64,000 nt of DNA from an uncultured bacterium (lineage in GTDB: Bacteria; Krumholzibacteriota; Krumholzibacteriia; LZORAL124-64-63), in assembly GCA_963732385.1 (NCBI GenBank), contig CAVSZB010000007.1:736001-800000 (forward strand), in the 5' to 3' direction. Positions 18,088 through 28,003 of this stretch are shown in pieces. Position 1 is the first letter of the stretch. Every line of letters starts with the position of its first letter. Under the pieces are notes generated by a model. It was not told where the DNA came from. It ran no database searches and saw only the letters and a program-made list of their open reading frames with translations. Position numbers and translations under genes: made by a program.

Positions 18088-20286
18088 CTAGCGCCGGGGG
18101 CCGCCGCGTCCGCCGCGTCCGCCACGGTCGCCGCCGCGATCGCCGCCACCGCCCCCGAAGCTGGGGCGCGAGCCGGCGTTGGGATCGACCCCTTCAGGCA
18201 CCGGCAGCAGCGCCTTGCGACTCAGACGCACCTTGCCGGTGCGCCCGTCGATCTCGACCAGCTTGACGTCGACCTCTTCGTTCATCTGAAGCACGTCTTC
18301 CACGTTGCCGACGCGGAAATGCTCGAGCTCGGAGATGTGCAGCAACCCCTCCTTGCCGGGCAGGTACTCCACGAAGGCGCCGAACTCGACGATGCTCTTC
18401 ACCTTGCCATGGTAAACGGTCCCGATCACCGGCTCGGTCATCATCCCCTTGATGATATCGATCGCGGCCTGGCCGCTCGCCTGGTCGATGGAGGAGACGT
18501 ACACGATACCCTGGTCGTCGACCTCGATCGTGGCCCCGGTCTGCTCCTGGATGCGCTTGATGACCTTGCCCCCGGGGCCGATGAGCTCGCCGATCTTCGA
18601 CACCGGGATCGTGATCGACACGATCTTCGGCGCGTACGGCGACATCTCGGCGCGCGGTTCCGGCAGCGCGGCGGTCATCTTGTCGAGGATGTGCAGACGG
18701 GCGCGACGCGCGTCGTCGAGCGCGCGGGTCATGATCTCACGGCTGATGCCGCCGATCTTGGTATCCATCTGGAAGGCGGTGATGCCCTCGCGCGTGCCGG
18801 TGACCTTGAAGTCCATGTCGCCGAGGTGGTCCTCAACGCCCAGGATGTCGGTCAGGACCGCCACGCGGTCACCCTCCTTCACCAGGCCCATCGCCACGCC
18901 GGCCACCGGACGCTTGATCGGCACGCCGGCGTCCATCAGCGAGAGGATGCCGGAGCAGACGCTCGCCATCGAGCTCGAGCCGTTCGACTCGAGGATGTCC
19001 GACACGATGCGGATCGTGTAGGGGAACTCCTCGACCGTGGGCAGCACCGGGCGGATGGCCCGCTCGGCCAGCTTGCCATGCCCGATCTCGCGGCGCCCCG
19101 TGCCGGAGTAGCGGCCGACCTCGCCCACCGAGAACGGGGGGAAATTGTAATGGAGGTAGTACTTGTTCCAGAACTCGGTCTCGAGGCCCTCGATCTTCTG
19201 CTCGTCGCGCTTGGTGCCGAGCGTCGTCGTGCCGAGCGACTGGGTCTCGCCGCGGGTGAACAGGCACGAACCGTGCGTGCGCGGCAGCACGCCCAGGTCG
19301 ATCGTGATCGGCCGGACCGTGGTCAGGTCGCGGCCGTCGGCGCGACGACCCTCGGCGAGGATCATCTCGCGCATCGCCTTCTTCTCGAGGTCGTGGAGCA
19401 CGGCTCCGGCCTCGGCGCGCGGCGCGCCCGCCTCATCCTTGAAGGTCTCGGCGACTTTGGTCCCAAGCGCCTCCACGGCCTCCTGCCGCTCCATCTTGCC
19501 GGGAATACGCACGGCCGCCGTCAGGTCGGCGCCCACGAGCTTCTCCACCTCCGCAGCCAGGGCGGTGTCGCGCTCGGCCACCTTGACGGGGAACTTCGGC
19601 TTGGCCCCGGCCTGCGCGACCAGCTCGCGCTGCAGGGCGTTCAGCTTGCGGATCCAGCCGTGCGCGAAATCGATCGCGTCGAGCAGTTTCTCCTCCGGCA
19701 CTTCGCGGCACTCGCCCTCGATCATCACGATGATGTCGTCGCTGCCCGCGACCACCAGGTCCATGGTGGCGGTCTCGCGCTGCGCGAAGCTCGGATTGCA
19801 GACGAACTCGCCCTCCACCTCGGCCACGCGCACGCCCGACACCACGCCGGGGAACGGAATGTCCGACAGGTTCAGCGCGGCGGAGGCGGCGGTTATGCTC
19901 AGCACGTCGGCGTCGAAGTCCGTGTCCGCGCTGATGATGAAAGACACGACCTGCGTCTCGTGGCGGTAGTCGTCGGGGAACAGCGGGCGCAGCGGACGGT
20001 CGATCAGCCGCGCACTCAGTGTTTCGCGCTCCGACGGACGCGCTTCGCGCTTGAAGAATCCGCCCGGGATCTTGCCGGCCGCGTAGGTCTTGTTCCGATA
20101 CTCCACGAACAGGGGCAGGAAGTCCCGGTTCGAAGGCTTCTTTTCCGCCACCGCGCACACCAGCGCCATGGTGTCGCCCTGACGGACAACGACCGAGCCG
20201 CTCGCCTGCCGCGCCATCCGCCCCGTCTCCAGGGAAAAGGTGACGCCGTTCATCTCGAGTTCCACACGTTTCATCTTCTGCTCCAT
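18088..20286 (-). CDS. pnp: Polyribonucleotide nucleotidyltransferase (PNPase)
   Basis: [60 protein letters not shown] and S1 domains; AGGAG RBS before ATG 20286. Confidence 0.98.
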   Translation of the reverse strand: MEQKMKRVELEMNGVTFSLETGRMARQASGSVVVRQGDTMALVCAVAEKKPSNRDFLPLFVEYRNKTYAAGKIPGGFFKREARPSERETLSARLIDRPLRPLFPDDYRHETQVVSFIISADTDFDADVLSITAASAALNLSDIPFPGVVSGVRVAEVEGEFVCNPSFAQRETATMDLVVAGSDDIIVMIEGECREVPEEKLLDAIDFAHGWIRKLNALQRELVAQAGAKPKFPVKVAERDTALAAEVEKLVGADLTAAVRIPGKMERQEAVEALGTKVAETFKDEAGAPRAEAGAVLHDLEKKAMREMILAEGRRADGRDLTTVRPITIDLGVLPRTHGSCLFTRGETQSLGTTTLGTKRDEQKIEGLETEFWNKYYLHYNFPPFSVGEVGRYSGTGRREIGHGKLAERAIRPVLPTVEEFPYTIRIVSDILESNGSSSMASVCSGILSLMDAGVPIKRPVAGVAMGLVKEGDRVAVLTDILGVEDHLGDMDFKVTGTREGITAFQMDTKIGGISREIMTRALDDARRARLHILDKMTAALPEPRAEMSPYAPKIVSITIPVSKIGELIGPGGKVIKRIQEQTGATIEVDDQGIVYVSSIDQASGQAAIDIIKGMMTEPVIGTVYHGKVKSIVEFGAFVEYLPGKEGLLHISELEHFRVGNVEDVLQMNEEVDVKLVEIDGRTGKVRLSRKALLPVPEGVDPNAGSRPSFGGGGGDRGGDRGGRGGRGGPRR

Positions 20287-20364
20287 TTCAGCTTCTCCTA
20301 CACTTTCTCCCACCTGCTTTTTTTCGGCTTCCGCGGGCGCCGCCACGCGGCGCGTACGACCGCC

Positions 20365-20438
20365 GGAGAATCCCCTCAACCAACCGCGCGCAGCGCGCAC
20401 AAAAACACGCTGCCGCGACCGGTTTCACGGAGATCTCC
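20365..20438 (-). promoter_or_regulatory. Long stem-loop in the rpsO-pnp spacer (candidate RNase III site)
   Basis: On the minus strand GGAGAUCUCC..ACCGGUCGCGGCAGCGUG pairs with CGCGCUGC-G-CGCGGUUGGU..GGGGAUUCUCC (with G-U pairs and bulges). Confidence 0.55.
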
Positions 20439-20481
20439 CCACACTTCGACTTTGCCCTGTCGGGATCGCCAGCCAGAGGCG

Positions 20482-20751
20482 TCAGCCCCGGATGCCGAGT
20501 TCCTTGATGAGGGCTCGATAGCTGTCAAGGTCCTTCTTCTTCAGATAGTTCAGAAGTCGTTTGCGCTGACCAACCATCTTCAGCAGCCCGCGGCGGGAGT
20601 GGTGGTCTTTCGCATGGACCTTGAAGTGACCCGAAAGCAGCTTGATCCTCGCAGTCAGCAGTCCGATCTGCACCTCCGGCGACCCGCTGTCGCTTTCGTG
20701 CTTCTTGTGATGTTCGATAACCTGCTGCTTCGCCTCTTTAGACAGCGCCAT
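20482..20751 (-). CDS. rpsO: 30S ribosomal protein S15
   Basis: 89 aa; [42 protein letters not shown]. Confidence 0.98.
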   Translation of the reverse strand: MALSKEAKQQVIEHHKKHESDSGSPEVQIGLLTARIKLLSGHFKVHAKDHHSRRGLLKMVGQRKRLLNYLKKKDLDSYRALIKELGIRG

Positions 20752-20932
20752 CGTCATGAACCTCCTGGTGACGACACGATGGCCGCAGGTCGGGCCCCTT
20801 CCCACGGACGCCGACCGAAGTCGGTGCGTGCTCGCGGAAGGCGGCGCGGGCGCCGTACAGGCCGACCCGCTGCGGATAATTGGCATCACAAAAACGCAGG
20901 GGATCACCCTGTGTCTCGCGATGGCCGCCCGC

Positions 20933-20961
20933 AATATAGGCCAGAGCGCCTCCGCCGGCAA
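20933..20961 (-). promoter_or_regulatory. Putative sigma70 promoter of rpsO-pnp
   Basis: TTGCCG-17 nt-TATATT on the minus strand. Confidence 0.6.
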
Positions 20962-21038
20962 GCGGAATCGCCAAGCCTGAATCGGCCGAACGTGTGAAAT
21001 CTTGAGGAATTACGGGTATCGAGTATACGTGATCGGGA

Positions 21039-23051
21039 TCAGGCCGAACGCTCGGCCGCGGCAATTTCCTGATCCCGGTCGCACGGTCCGGCCTCGAAGC
21101 CGGGCGCCATCCCCTCGGGCCGCTCTCCCTGGAAGGTCGGCACGAGGGCGAGCAGTTCCGTCCAGCACGCCTCGAGTTCGCCCAGCTCGGCGGCCCCGAG
21201 CAGGCGCCCCACGCGAGCCTCGAGATCGGTCACCTGGAAACCGTTCCGCGGCGCCACCATGATGCCGGGGTGCTCGGTCGGTCCGGGGATCTCGTGGCAG
21301 GTCCAGAGCTCCTCGCTCAGCTTCTCCCCCGGCCGCAGACCGCTGTAGACGATCGGCACGTCGACGTCCGGCACCAGGCCCGAGAGCTGGATCATCTGCC
21401 GCGCGAGCTGGTCGATGAGCACCGGCTCGCCCATGTCGAGGATGAAGGTCTCGCCGCCGCGGGTCATGGCGCCGGCGAACAGCACGAGTTGCACCGCTTC
21501 GGCGATGGTCATGAAGTACCGCTCCATGCGCGGGTCGGTCACCGTGACCGGCCGCCCCTCACGGATCTGTTTGAGGAACAACTCCACCACGCTGCCGTTG
21601 GAGCCGAGCACGTTGCCGAAGCGGATCGCGCAGAACCGGGTGGCGCTGAGGCGGCTTTGCGCCCGCACCAGATGCTCGGCCACCCGCTTGGTGGCCCCCA
21701 TCACGCTGGTCGGATTGACCGCCTTGTCGGTGCTGATGAGCACGAACGTGCCGACTCCGTGCGCCTCGGACAGCTCGACGAGGTTGCGCGTGCCGCCGAC
21801 GTTGTTGCGCACCGCTTCTGTCGGGTGGTATTGCAGCACCGGCACATGCTTGTAGGCGGCGGCGTGGAAGATCACTTCCGGCTCATGGGTTTCGAACAGC
21901 TCCGCCATGCGGCGCCGGTCGCGCACATCGCCCAGGAAGAAGTCGAGGCGCACCGTGTCGCCCACGCGCCCCCGCAACTCCTGTTCGAGCCGGAACAGCC
22001 CGTTCTCGTCGCGGTCCAGGCAGACCAGCGCCGCCACCGACTGATCGGCGATCTGCCGACACAGCTCGGAACCGATGCTGCCCGCCGCGCCGGTCACGAG
22101 CACGCGGCGTCCACTCAGGAACGCGCGCAGACGGGGCGCATCGATTTGGAGCGGGCGCCGGTTGAGCAGGTCCTCGGTCCGGAAATCGGTCAGGCTGGCC
22201 ACCGAGCGGGTGCCGGCCAGGATCTGCGCCAGGTCCGGCACGGTCTTGAGCGGCAGCCCCACGGCGCGACAGTGCCGCACGATCCGGTACAGATCCGACG
22301 AGCGCACCCCCGGCACCGCCAGCACGATCGCCTCGGCGCCGCTGCGCCGCGCGGCGTCGCCCACCAGCGCCACCGGCCCCTCCACCGGCACGCCCAGGAT
22401 GGTGGTGTCCTGCTTGAGCGGGTCGTCGTCGAGGATCAGGACCGGCCAGTACTCGCCCTGGCGCTGCTCGAGCATGGCCCGGATGGTCAGGCGTCCGGCC
22501 GCCCCGGCCCCGATCACGATCACCTTGCACCGCTGCGACGCCCCGAGCAGGACGATCAGTTCGTGGCCCAGACGCAGGGAGTAGCGCGCCCCGACCATCA
22601 GGAACAGCGCGATGCCCAGGTCGATGATCAGCACGCTGCGCTGCAGCGGCCCGGCGTCGAGCACGATGGTGGCCGTCGCGATCAGCAGGGAACCGACGAC
22701 CACCGCCCCCGTCACCGGCAGCAGGTCACGCACCCCGGCATGTCGCCAGGAACCGCGGTGCAGCCCGAACCACAGGCACGGCACCAGCCGCAACGGCACC
22801 ACCAGGGCGAGCGAACCGAGCCACCAGGTGGTCCAGACATAGTGCTGGGTGATCACCGACAGATCGAAGCGGACCACGCACGCCGCCGTCCAGGAGAGAA
22901 CGGCCGCCAGCGCGCAGATGATCATGGTGACGACCAGACGATGCGAGCGCAGGAAGCGGCTGACCGGTTGACGTTCGCCCAGGAGACGATCGAACGCGGC
23001 GTGCAGACGGGACAGACAACGGACCTTCAGGCGGCGGGGCTCCATCCTCAT
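21039..23051 (-). CDS. Membrane-bound nucleotide-sugar 4,6-dehydratase (PglF/CapD/WbpM family)
   Basis: Four N-terminal TMs, IGAGAAG, VLVTGAAGSIGSELCRQ, FHAAAYKHVP, ISTDKAVNPTSVMGATKR, RFGNVLGS, GLRPGEKL. Confidence 0.95.
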   Translation of the reverse strand: MRMEPRRLKVRCLSRLHAAFDRLLGERQPVSRFLRSHRLVVTMIICALAAVLSWTAACVVRFDLSVITQHYVWTTWWLGSLALVVPLRLVPCLWFGLHRGSWRHAGVRDLLPVTGAVVVGSLLIATATIVLDAGPLQRSVLIIDLGIALFLMVGARYSLRLGHELIVLLGASQRCKVIVIGAGAAGRLTIRAMLEQRQGEYWPVLILDDDPLKQDTTILGVPVEGPVALVGDAARRSGAEAIVLAVPGVRSSDLYRIVRHCRAVGLPLKTVPDLAQILAGTRSVASLTDFRTEDLLNRRPLQIDAPRLRAFLSGRRVLVTGAAGSIGSELCRQIADQSVAALVCLDRDENGLFRLEQELRGRVGDTVRLDFFLGDVRDRRRMAELFETHEPEVIFHAAAYKHVPVLQYHPTEAVRNNVGGTRNLVELSEAHGVGTFVLISTDKAVNPTSVMGATKRVAEHLVRAQSRLSATRFCAIRFGNVLGSNGSVVELFLKQIREGRPVTVTDPRMERYFMTIAEAVQLVLFAGAMTRGGETFILDMGEPVLIDQLARQMIQLSGLVPDVDVPIVYSGLRPGEKLSEELWTCHEIPGPTEHPGIMVAPRNGFQVTDLEARVGRLLGAAELGELEACWTELLALVPTFQGERPEGMAPGFEAGPCDRDQEIAAAERSA

Positions 23052-23085
23052 GCCTTCCGGTTGACGGTGACCGGGCGCAGGTCAC

Positions 23086-23205
23086 GCATGAGTCATGCCA
23101 CCGGCCGCGGCCGGCGACAGGGGGCGAGGCTGTCCTTTCCTGGCGTCATTCCAAGATGATAAGCTGTTGTTTCTGTGGCGTTTATGGCTGCCGATCCATC
23201 GGCAG
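23086..23205 (-). promoter_or_regulatory. Putative sigma54 promoter with IHF-like site and palindromic upstream element
   Basis: TGGCATGACTCATGC (-24/-12; 23100-23086), AAACAACAGCTTA (23172-23160), CTGCCGAT-CC-ATCGGCAG (23188-23205). Confidence 0.45.
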
Positions 23206-23243
23206 GTCCGTCGACGCCGGGTGCGCCGGGCCTCCGCCGGCGG

Positions 23244-23867
23244 TCACTGCTTACCCACGGGGGGGATGATTCCTTTCGTCTCGAGAAGATTGAGCAACTG
23301 CCCGACGCAGGCCTCAGCGTCGAGCGTGTCGGTATCGAGAATGAGTTCGGCCTTCAGCGGCTCCTCGTACGGCGCGCTGATGCCGGTGAACTCGGGAATC
23401 TGCCCCGCGCGCGCCTTCTTGTAGAGCCCCTTCGGATCGCGCCGCTCGCACTCCTCGATGGCGCAGCGGCACCAGACCTCGATGAACTCCCCGTCCGGCA
23501 GCAGCGCCCGGTTCTTGTCGCGATCGGCGCGATAGGGCGAGATGAACGCCGTCAGCGCGATCACCCCGGCATCGGTGAACAGCTTCGCCACCTCGCCGAT
23601 CCGCCGGATGTTCTCCTCGCGGTCGGCCGGACTGAACCCCAGATCACGGTTCAGACCATGCCGGACATTGTCCCCGTCCAGGATGTAGGACCGACACCCG
23701 CGCGCGAACAGCGCCTGCTCCAGCCGCTGCGCCAGCGTCGACTTCCCGGAGCTCGACAGCCCCGTGAACCAGATCACCGCCGCGCGATGCCCCTGCTTCC
23801 CCTCACGCTCGGCGCGACTGACCACGCTGTCCGACCAGGTGATGTTGCGACTCTTCGGGGTGTCCAC
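23244..23867 (-). CDS. cysC: Adenylyl-sulfate kinase
   Basis: [59 protein letters not shown] start after AAGGAGAG. Confidence 0.96.
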   Translation of the reverse strand: MDTPKSRNITWSDSVVSRAEREGKQGHRAAVIWFTGLSSSGKSTLAQRLEQALFARGCRSYILDGDNVRHGLNRDLGFSPADREENIRRIGEVAKLFTDAGVIALTAFISPYRADRDKNRALLPDGEFIEVWCRCAIEECERRDPKGLYKKARAGQIPEFTGISAPYEEPLKAELILDTDTLDAEACVGQLLNLLETKGIIPPVGKQ

Positions 23868-23930
23868 GACGCGCCTCTCCTTCTTCCCGACCGCCCTCGC
23901 GACCGCCGGGCCCACCAAAGGCAGGATGTT

Positions 23931-24206
23931 CTAGAGGTAACCCAGTTCCTTGAGCTTCTGCTTGATGCGCTCGAGCTGCTCGCCCGAGAATTCGCCGGAT
24001 GCCTCCACCGCCTTGCCGACAGCTGACCTGCCCCTGGCCGCAACTTTCGCCGCATCCGCAGCCGGCACCCGCCCTTCGTAGACGATGTCCCGCAGCACGA
24101 ACACCACGAAATCGGTGACAGAGTTGAAGCCCGATCCCTCGATGAGGCGCGCAATGTGGTCGTAGAGCGGTTTGGGGATCTTCAGGGTGACTTTGGGGTT
24201 GGGCAT
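23931..24206 (-). CDS. Ribbon-helix-helix (CopG-like) small DNA-binding protein
   Basis: KVTLKIPKPLYDHIARLIEGSGFNSVTDFVVFVLR beta-alpha-alpha pattern; C-terminal 'ERIKQKLKELGYL'. Confidence 0.8.
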   Translation of the reverse strand: MPNPKVTLKIPKPLYDHIARLIEGSGFNSVTDFVVFVLRDIVYEGRVPAADAAKVAARGRSAVGKAVEASGEFSGEQLERIKQKLKELGYL

Positions 24207-24325
24207 GGATCCCTGGCTCCCGCCGGAAGTGGCTCCCTTGACGCTCCGCAGGCACTCCTGTGGGAGCGTCAGCCGAGAATAGCGGAACGCGGTTGGAAAG
24301 TCAAATCAAGGGGGGCGCAGCAGGC

Positions 24326-25030
24326 TCAGCTATGCACCGCTTCGGCGGCCTCCGGCCTCTTCCCCGGCCGAATCGGGACCTCCGAGTGCCCTGCCACCCC
24401 CGGATCGACGACCGCAGGGCGAGCCACAACCGGCTCCGACCTCACTCCACGCGCCACGCGCAGGACCGTCTCGACGATCGTGCGTACGTCGTCCACCAGA
24501 CCGGCGTGGTCCAGATGCTGCCGGTAGAGACGCAGCTTGTGCGGCATGATGTGTTCGATGTAGCACTTCTCCGGATCGGCCGCCCTCGCGAGCATGGCCT
24601 CCTCGTTGCGGAAGACGATGGACGCGCGGTGCGTGATCCCCGGCCGGACCGCCAGGATCGGCCCGAATTCGTCGAGGAAGAGGTCCACGAACTCCGGCAC
24701 CTCGGGCCGGGGCCCCACCAGCGACATCTCCCCGCGCAATACGTTGATGAGCTGCGGCAACTCATCGAGCTTCGTGCGGCGCAACAGGCGCCCCACGTTG
24801 GTGATCCGTTGGTCACCGCCAACGGTGATGAGCGCCCCCTTGCCGGACTGCTGGACCATTGTGCGAAACTTGTAGATGTGGAAACGCCGACCGAACCGCC
24901 CCACGCGCTTCTGACGGAAAAAAACGGGACCCGGAGAACCCAAACGGATCGCCAACCCGATCAACGCGAACAACGGCGCCAACAGCAAAAGCCCGACGCT
25001 GGCGGCAACGAAATCGAAGATCCGCTTCAA
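24326..25030 (-). CDS. Bacterial sugar transferase (priming undecaprenyl-P phosphoglycosyltransferase)
   Basis: KRIFDF, FRQKRVG, KFRTM, LRRTKLDELPQLINVLRGEMSLVGPRP, RPGIT; TTG start after GGGAG. Confidence 0.93.
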   Translation of the reverse strand: MKRIFDFVAASVGLLLLAPLFALIGLAIRLGSPGPVFFRQKRVGRFGRRFHIYKFRTMVQQSGKGALITVGGDQRITNVGRLLRRTKLDELPQLINVLRGEMSLVGPRPEVPEFVDLFLDEFGPILAVRPGITHRASIVFRNEEAMLARAADPEKCYIEHIMPHKLRLYRQHLDHAGLVDDVRTIVETVLRVARGVRSEPVVARPAVVDPGVAGHSEVPIRPGKRPEAAEAVHS

Positions 25031-25387
25031 TCCGGCTCCCTCCCCGACTGGTCCATCCCTGGACAACCCAAATGTAACAACTGTCGCAATTTGGTCCAGC
25101 ACGCAGTGCAAAAGCACCCGAATCGCCCAAGCAAAGTACAGCCGACATTTCGGAGAGCGTTGAACCCAAGATGCGTGCCATGTTGCTCGGCTCCCCTGAA
25201 TCCGGCTCTCGTGCGCTTCCCTGAAAGCCCTTTCGCCCACGTCTGATGAAGCACACCCTCCCCGACCTAATCGCGCAACGTCCTCCATCAGCTCTCATTT
25301 CAAGTGCGCAGTCGCAAAAGAAACTCGCAGTGTCACACTCGGACCGCATGCCTGTCTCACGGCGATCCACTTCCAACCGGCGCCCTA

Positions 25388-26458
25388 TCACCGGGACAGA
25401 TCATTTGCAAACGTTCGCCACTTCCGGCTGCGCCAGCTCAGAATGCCCCACATGAATCCCATCCCATAGGCAAAGTGAAAACAGCCGATGACCGCCGGCA
25501 ACAACGGCGCAAGATCCCAGCCCCTCCGAATTGCAATGCAAAATGATCCTGCGAAAATGAAAACGCAATACATTAGCACCTCTGCTATAAGCACGAAGCG
25601 CGCAGCCTGCAGGCGTAACGGCGACATCGCCAAAAGCAGAACAAGACTCGCCACCAAGGCAGCGGGACAATGTGGCGCCAGGATGCCGGGAGCCTGTGCT
25701 TTCGAATAACAGCCACCTTCCAGAATCCGTACTGAAAATACTGCCTGAAGAGATGCCCAAGACTCCGACGCGGCCGATACCACGAAATAATTGAAGGCGA
25801 TTGCCACACCAACCCACCACTCCGAACAATGCGAAGATTCAATTCATCATCCTGATTGCGCACAAACTCAACATCGAACAGACCTAGGCGGATCAGGTTA
25901 TCACGCCGCCAACAGCCGTAGGTCACAGTGTCGACAGCCCCTTCGTAATCGGGAAAGTGGAACCGCGCTCCACCTACTGCGAAAGCAGAGCCGTAAGCCG
26001 CCGCAATCGCACGCGGCACCCATTCCGTGGCTTCAGTCCGAGCGGCTCCGCCTACATTGGTCGCACCAGTACTGCGAATCACCTCTAAACAGCGCACGAT
26101 ATAGTCGTCCGCGTAACGCGTATGAACATCCATACGAACGATATACTCGCCATTCGCAGCGAGAATGGCCCGATTCAAACCAGTCGGCGCAATGCGCTCC
26201 GGGTTCTCTATGACTCGTACGGATGGGTGCATCTGCGCATATCGTTGCAGGATATCCCTGGTCCCGTCGTCGCTCTATTCCGTCCGCGATCACAAACTCC
26301 CATGGTGACGCCGTGCGAATCTGTCGCTCGATATTATGAAGGAACGACAAGATGAAGCCCGCCTCATTTCGGCACGGAACAATTACCGAGCACTCCACTT
26401 GAATTGTAACCGAGCCTCCCACTGCCTCATGAGACAAGCGCTTGCGATTATCAGACAT
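25388..26458 (-). pseudogene. GT2 glycosyltransferase (ExoA-like) split by two frameshifts (real or sequencing error)
   Basis: SVIVPCRNE...ADG; removing 1 nt near 26276 restores 'GMSDDGT' into 'IVRMDVH...RNQDDELN'; adding 1 nt at 25664-66 restores 'HIVPAALV...HFAYGMGF'. Confidence 0.85.
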
Positions 26459-27182
26459 GGGCGACGCCCTTTCGCATCACACCTAGATAATGTGAACACA
26501 ATGGCGGCAGCGACTCCAGGCATCGATAGAGAAACAGGGACCGAGGGGCGATCACCCGACCTAGTGGCGGCAACAACGTTGTTCGTTTGAAACTGCACTC
26601 GCAGTTGCGAAACAGCTCCAATATGCGCGCCTTGCTCACGCCTTTCACATCACGATTGCGCGGACTGTCGAGACACAGGTCGTACCATAGGACAAGTCCA
26701 CCAGGTCGTAGAACGCGAATGATCTCGTTGGCGATATCCACCTGGACTGTCCCATCAACCACGGAACTGAACACCGTGCCCTGTATGACAAGATCAAAAC
26801 AGTCATTATCGAACGACATGCGAGAAGCATCACCGACCTGCAGATGAACGCCCACAGGGAGCCGCTTCCGAGCCTGCTGGATACGATCTTCCGCCAAGTC
26901 TATCCCATGCAGCCGTTCTGGCTCCGCTCCCCAAGCGACGAGATCGTGAAGCCATTGACCTGGCCCACAGCCGATATCCAAAACCTCCAACTTATCCAAG
27001 CTGTCTACTCCAGCGCGTCGCAAAGCCCGCAGGGTCAAAACTTCCCGAGTCTGGAGCAACTGCAAGTGCGCTGCATTAAAAACAGAATAACGATCAGCCA
27101 AGCTACAGCGACGCTCATAGACGGCACGAATCCTTGCGGCCTCACTTTCCTGGCGCTCAACATTCGATGACTTGTCGGTCAT
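26451..27182 (-). CDS. Class I SAM-dependent methyltransferase
   Basis: VLDIGCGPG, LHGIDL, GDAS, FDLV, RVLRPGG. Confidence 0.88.
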   Translation of the reverse strand: MTDKSSNVERQESEAARIRAVYERRCSLADRYSVFNAAHLQLLQTREVLTLRALRRAGVDSLDKLEVLDIGCGPGQWLHDLVAWGAEPERLHGIDLAEDRIQQARKRLPVGVHLQVGDASRMSFDNDCFDLVIQGTVFSSVVDGTVQVDIANEIIRVLRPGGLVLWYDLCLDSPRNRDVKGVSKARILELFRNCECSFKRTTLLPPLGRVIAPRSLFLYRCLESLPPLCSHYLGVMRKGVAHV

Positions 27183-27205
27183 TGTGCCCCGTTTCGAACT
27201 TCGTC

Positions 27206-28003
27206 CTAACGCATCGTTCTGGCACACCACCGGCGTCGCAGCAAGAGGTACAAGCGCCCACCGATAACTTTGACAACTTTCTTGCCTTCCCAAATGGCCC
27301 GCTGCCGCGCCCGCGCCAGTGTGCGATCATCAACGAGGCTTGCGACATCGTCAGCGCTCGTCGTACGACGAACAGCATATCGGCCCAAAACCGCACATTC
27401 CTCGATGATCATACTATGCACAACCGGCTCGGATGTGAAAAGCCAACGGATTCCTGCGCGGGACGCTGCCTCAGCTACCTCCGTCGAATAGTATCCGCCT
27501 GGCACAGATGCCGCCACTACACGCTCCTCCAGAATCTCACTCAGCCGAGCAACGCTTACTGACCACTCGCGCAGTAAATCGGATTTCGCAAGCCGAGACA
27601 TCCGCGCAGGATGAGAACACGAATGGGAACCAACAACATGCCCGGAACGCCGAAGGTTTCGGATCTGTTCCTCCTGCATGAACCCAGCGTGTCCGATGTA
27701 ATCCGTAGACACGAAGAAATGGCCTCGCCATCCGTAGCTAGAAAGCAATGGCGCAATGGTGCTCGCCGAACTTACACCACCGTCATCGAACGTCAGGAGA
27801 ACTGGCTCGCGCCGCCGATGCCAAGTGGACATGTCCTCGATGGTACGGCGCCGCTCCGACGCGACACTCTTTAGCCTAGTCAAATGCGCACAGAAGTCGC
27901 TACTCCTTAACTTGTACATATCGGCAGTTAACGTGCAGAAACCAGAGGCCTCTACGGATCCTTCCGACTCAACATCGTGATAGATAAGCCCGAACGCTTT
28001 CAT
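27206..28003 (-). CDS. Polysaccharide deacetylase (CE4/NodB)
   Basis: LIYHDV, LTFDDG, GSHSCSH, SVPGG; ATGA-coupled to the upstream gene. Confidence 0.9.
   Translation of the reverse strand: MKAFGLIYHDVESEGSVEASGFCTLTADMYKLRSSDFCAHLTRLKSVASERRRTIEDMSTWHRRREPVLLTFDDGGVSSASTIAPLLSSYGWRGHFFVSTDYIGHAGFMQEEQIRNLRRSGHVVGSHSCSHPARMSRLAKSDLLREWSVSVARLSEILEERVVAASVPGGYYSTEVAEAASRAGIRWLFTSEPVVHSMIIEECAVLGRYAVRRTTSADDVASLVDDRTLARARQRAIWEGKKVVKVIGGRLYLLLRRRWCARTMR

Noticed and set aside
18091..18160. Repeated CCGCCGCGT-type units at the pnp 3' end
   Set aside because: They encode the ordinary Gly/Arg/Asp-rich PNPase tail; not an independent repeat element.
25165..25181. Second sigma54-like box TGGCACGCATCTTGG (minus strand)
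   Set aside because: The -12 element reads GG rather than the near-invariant GC; too weak to call.
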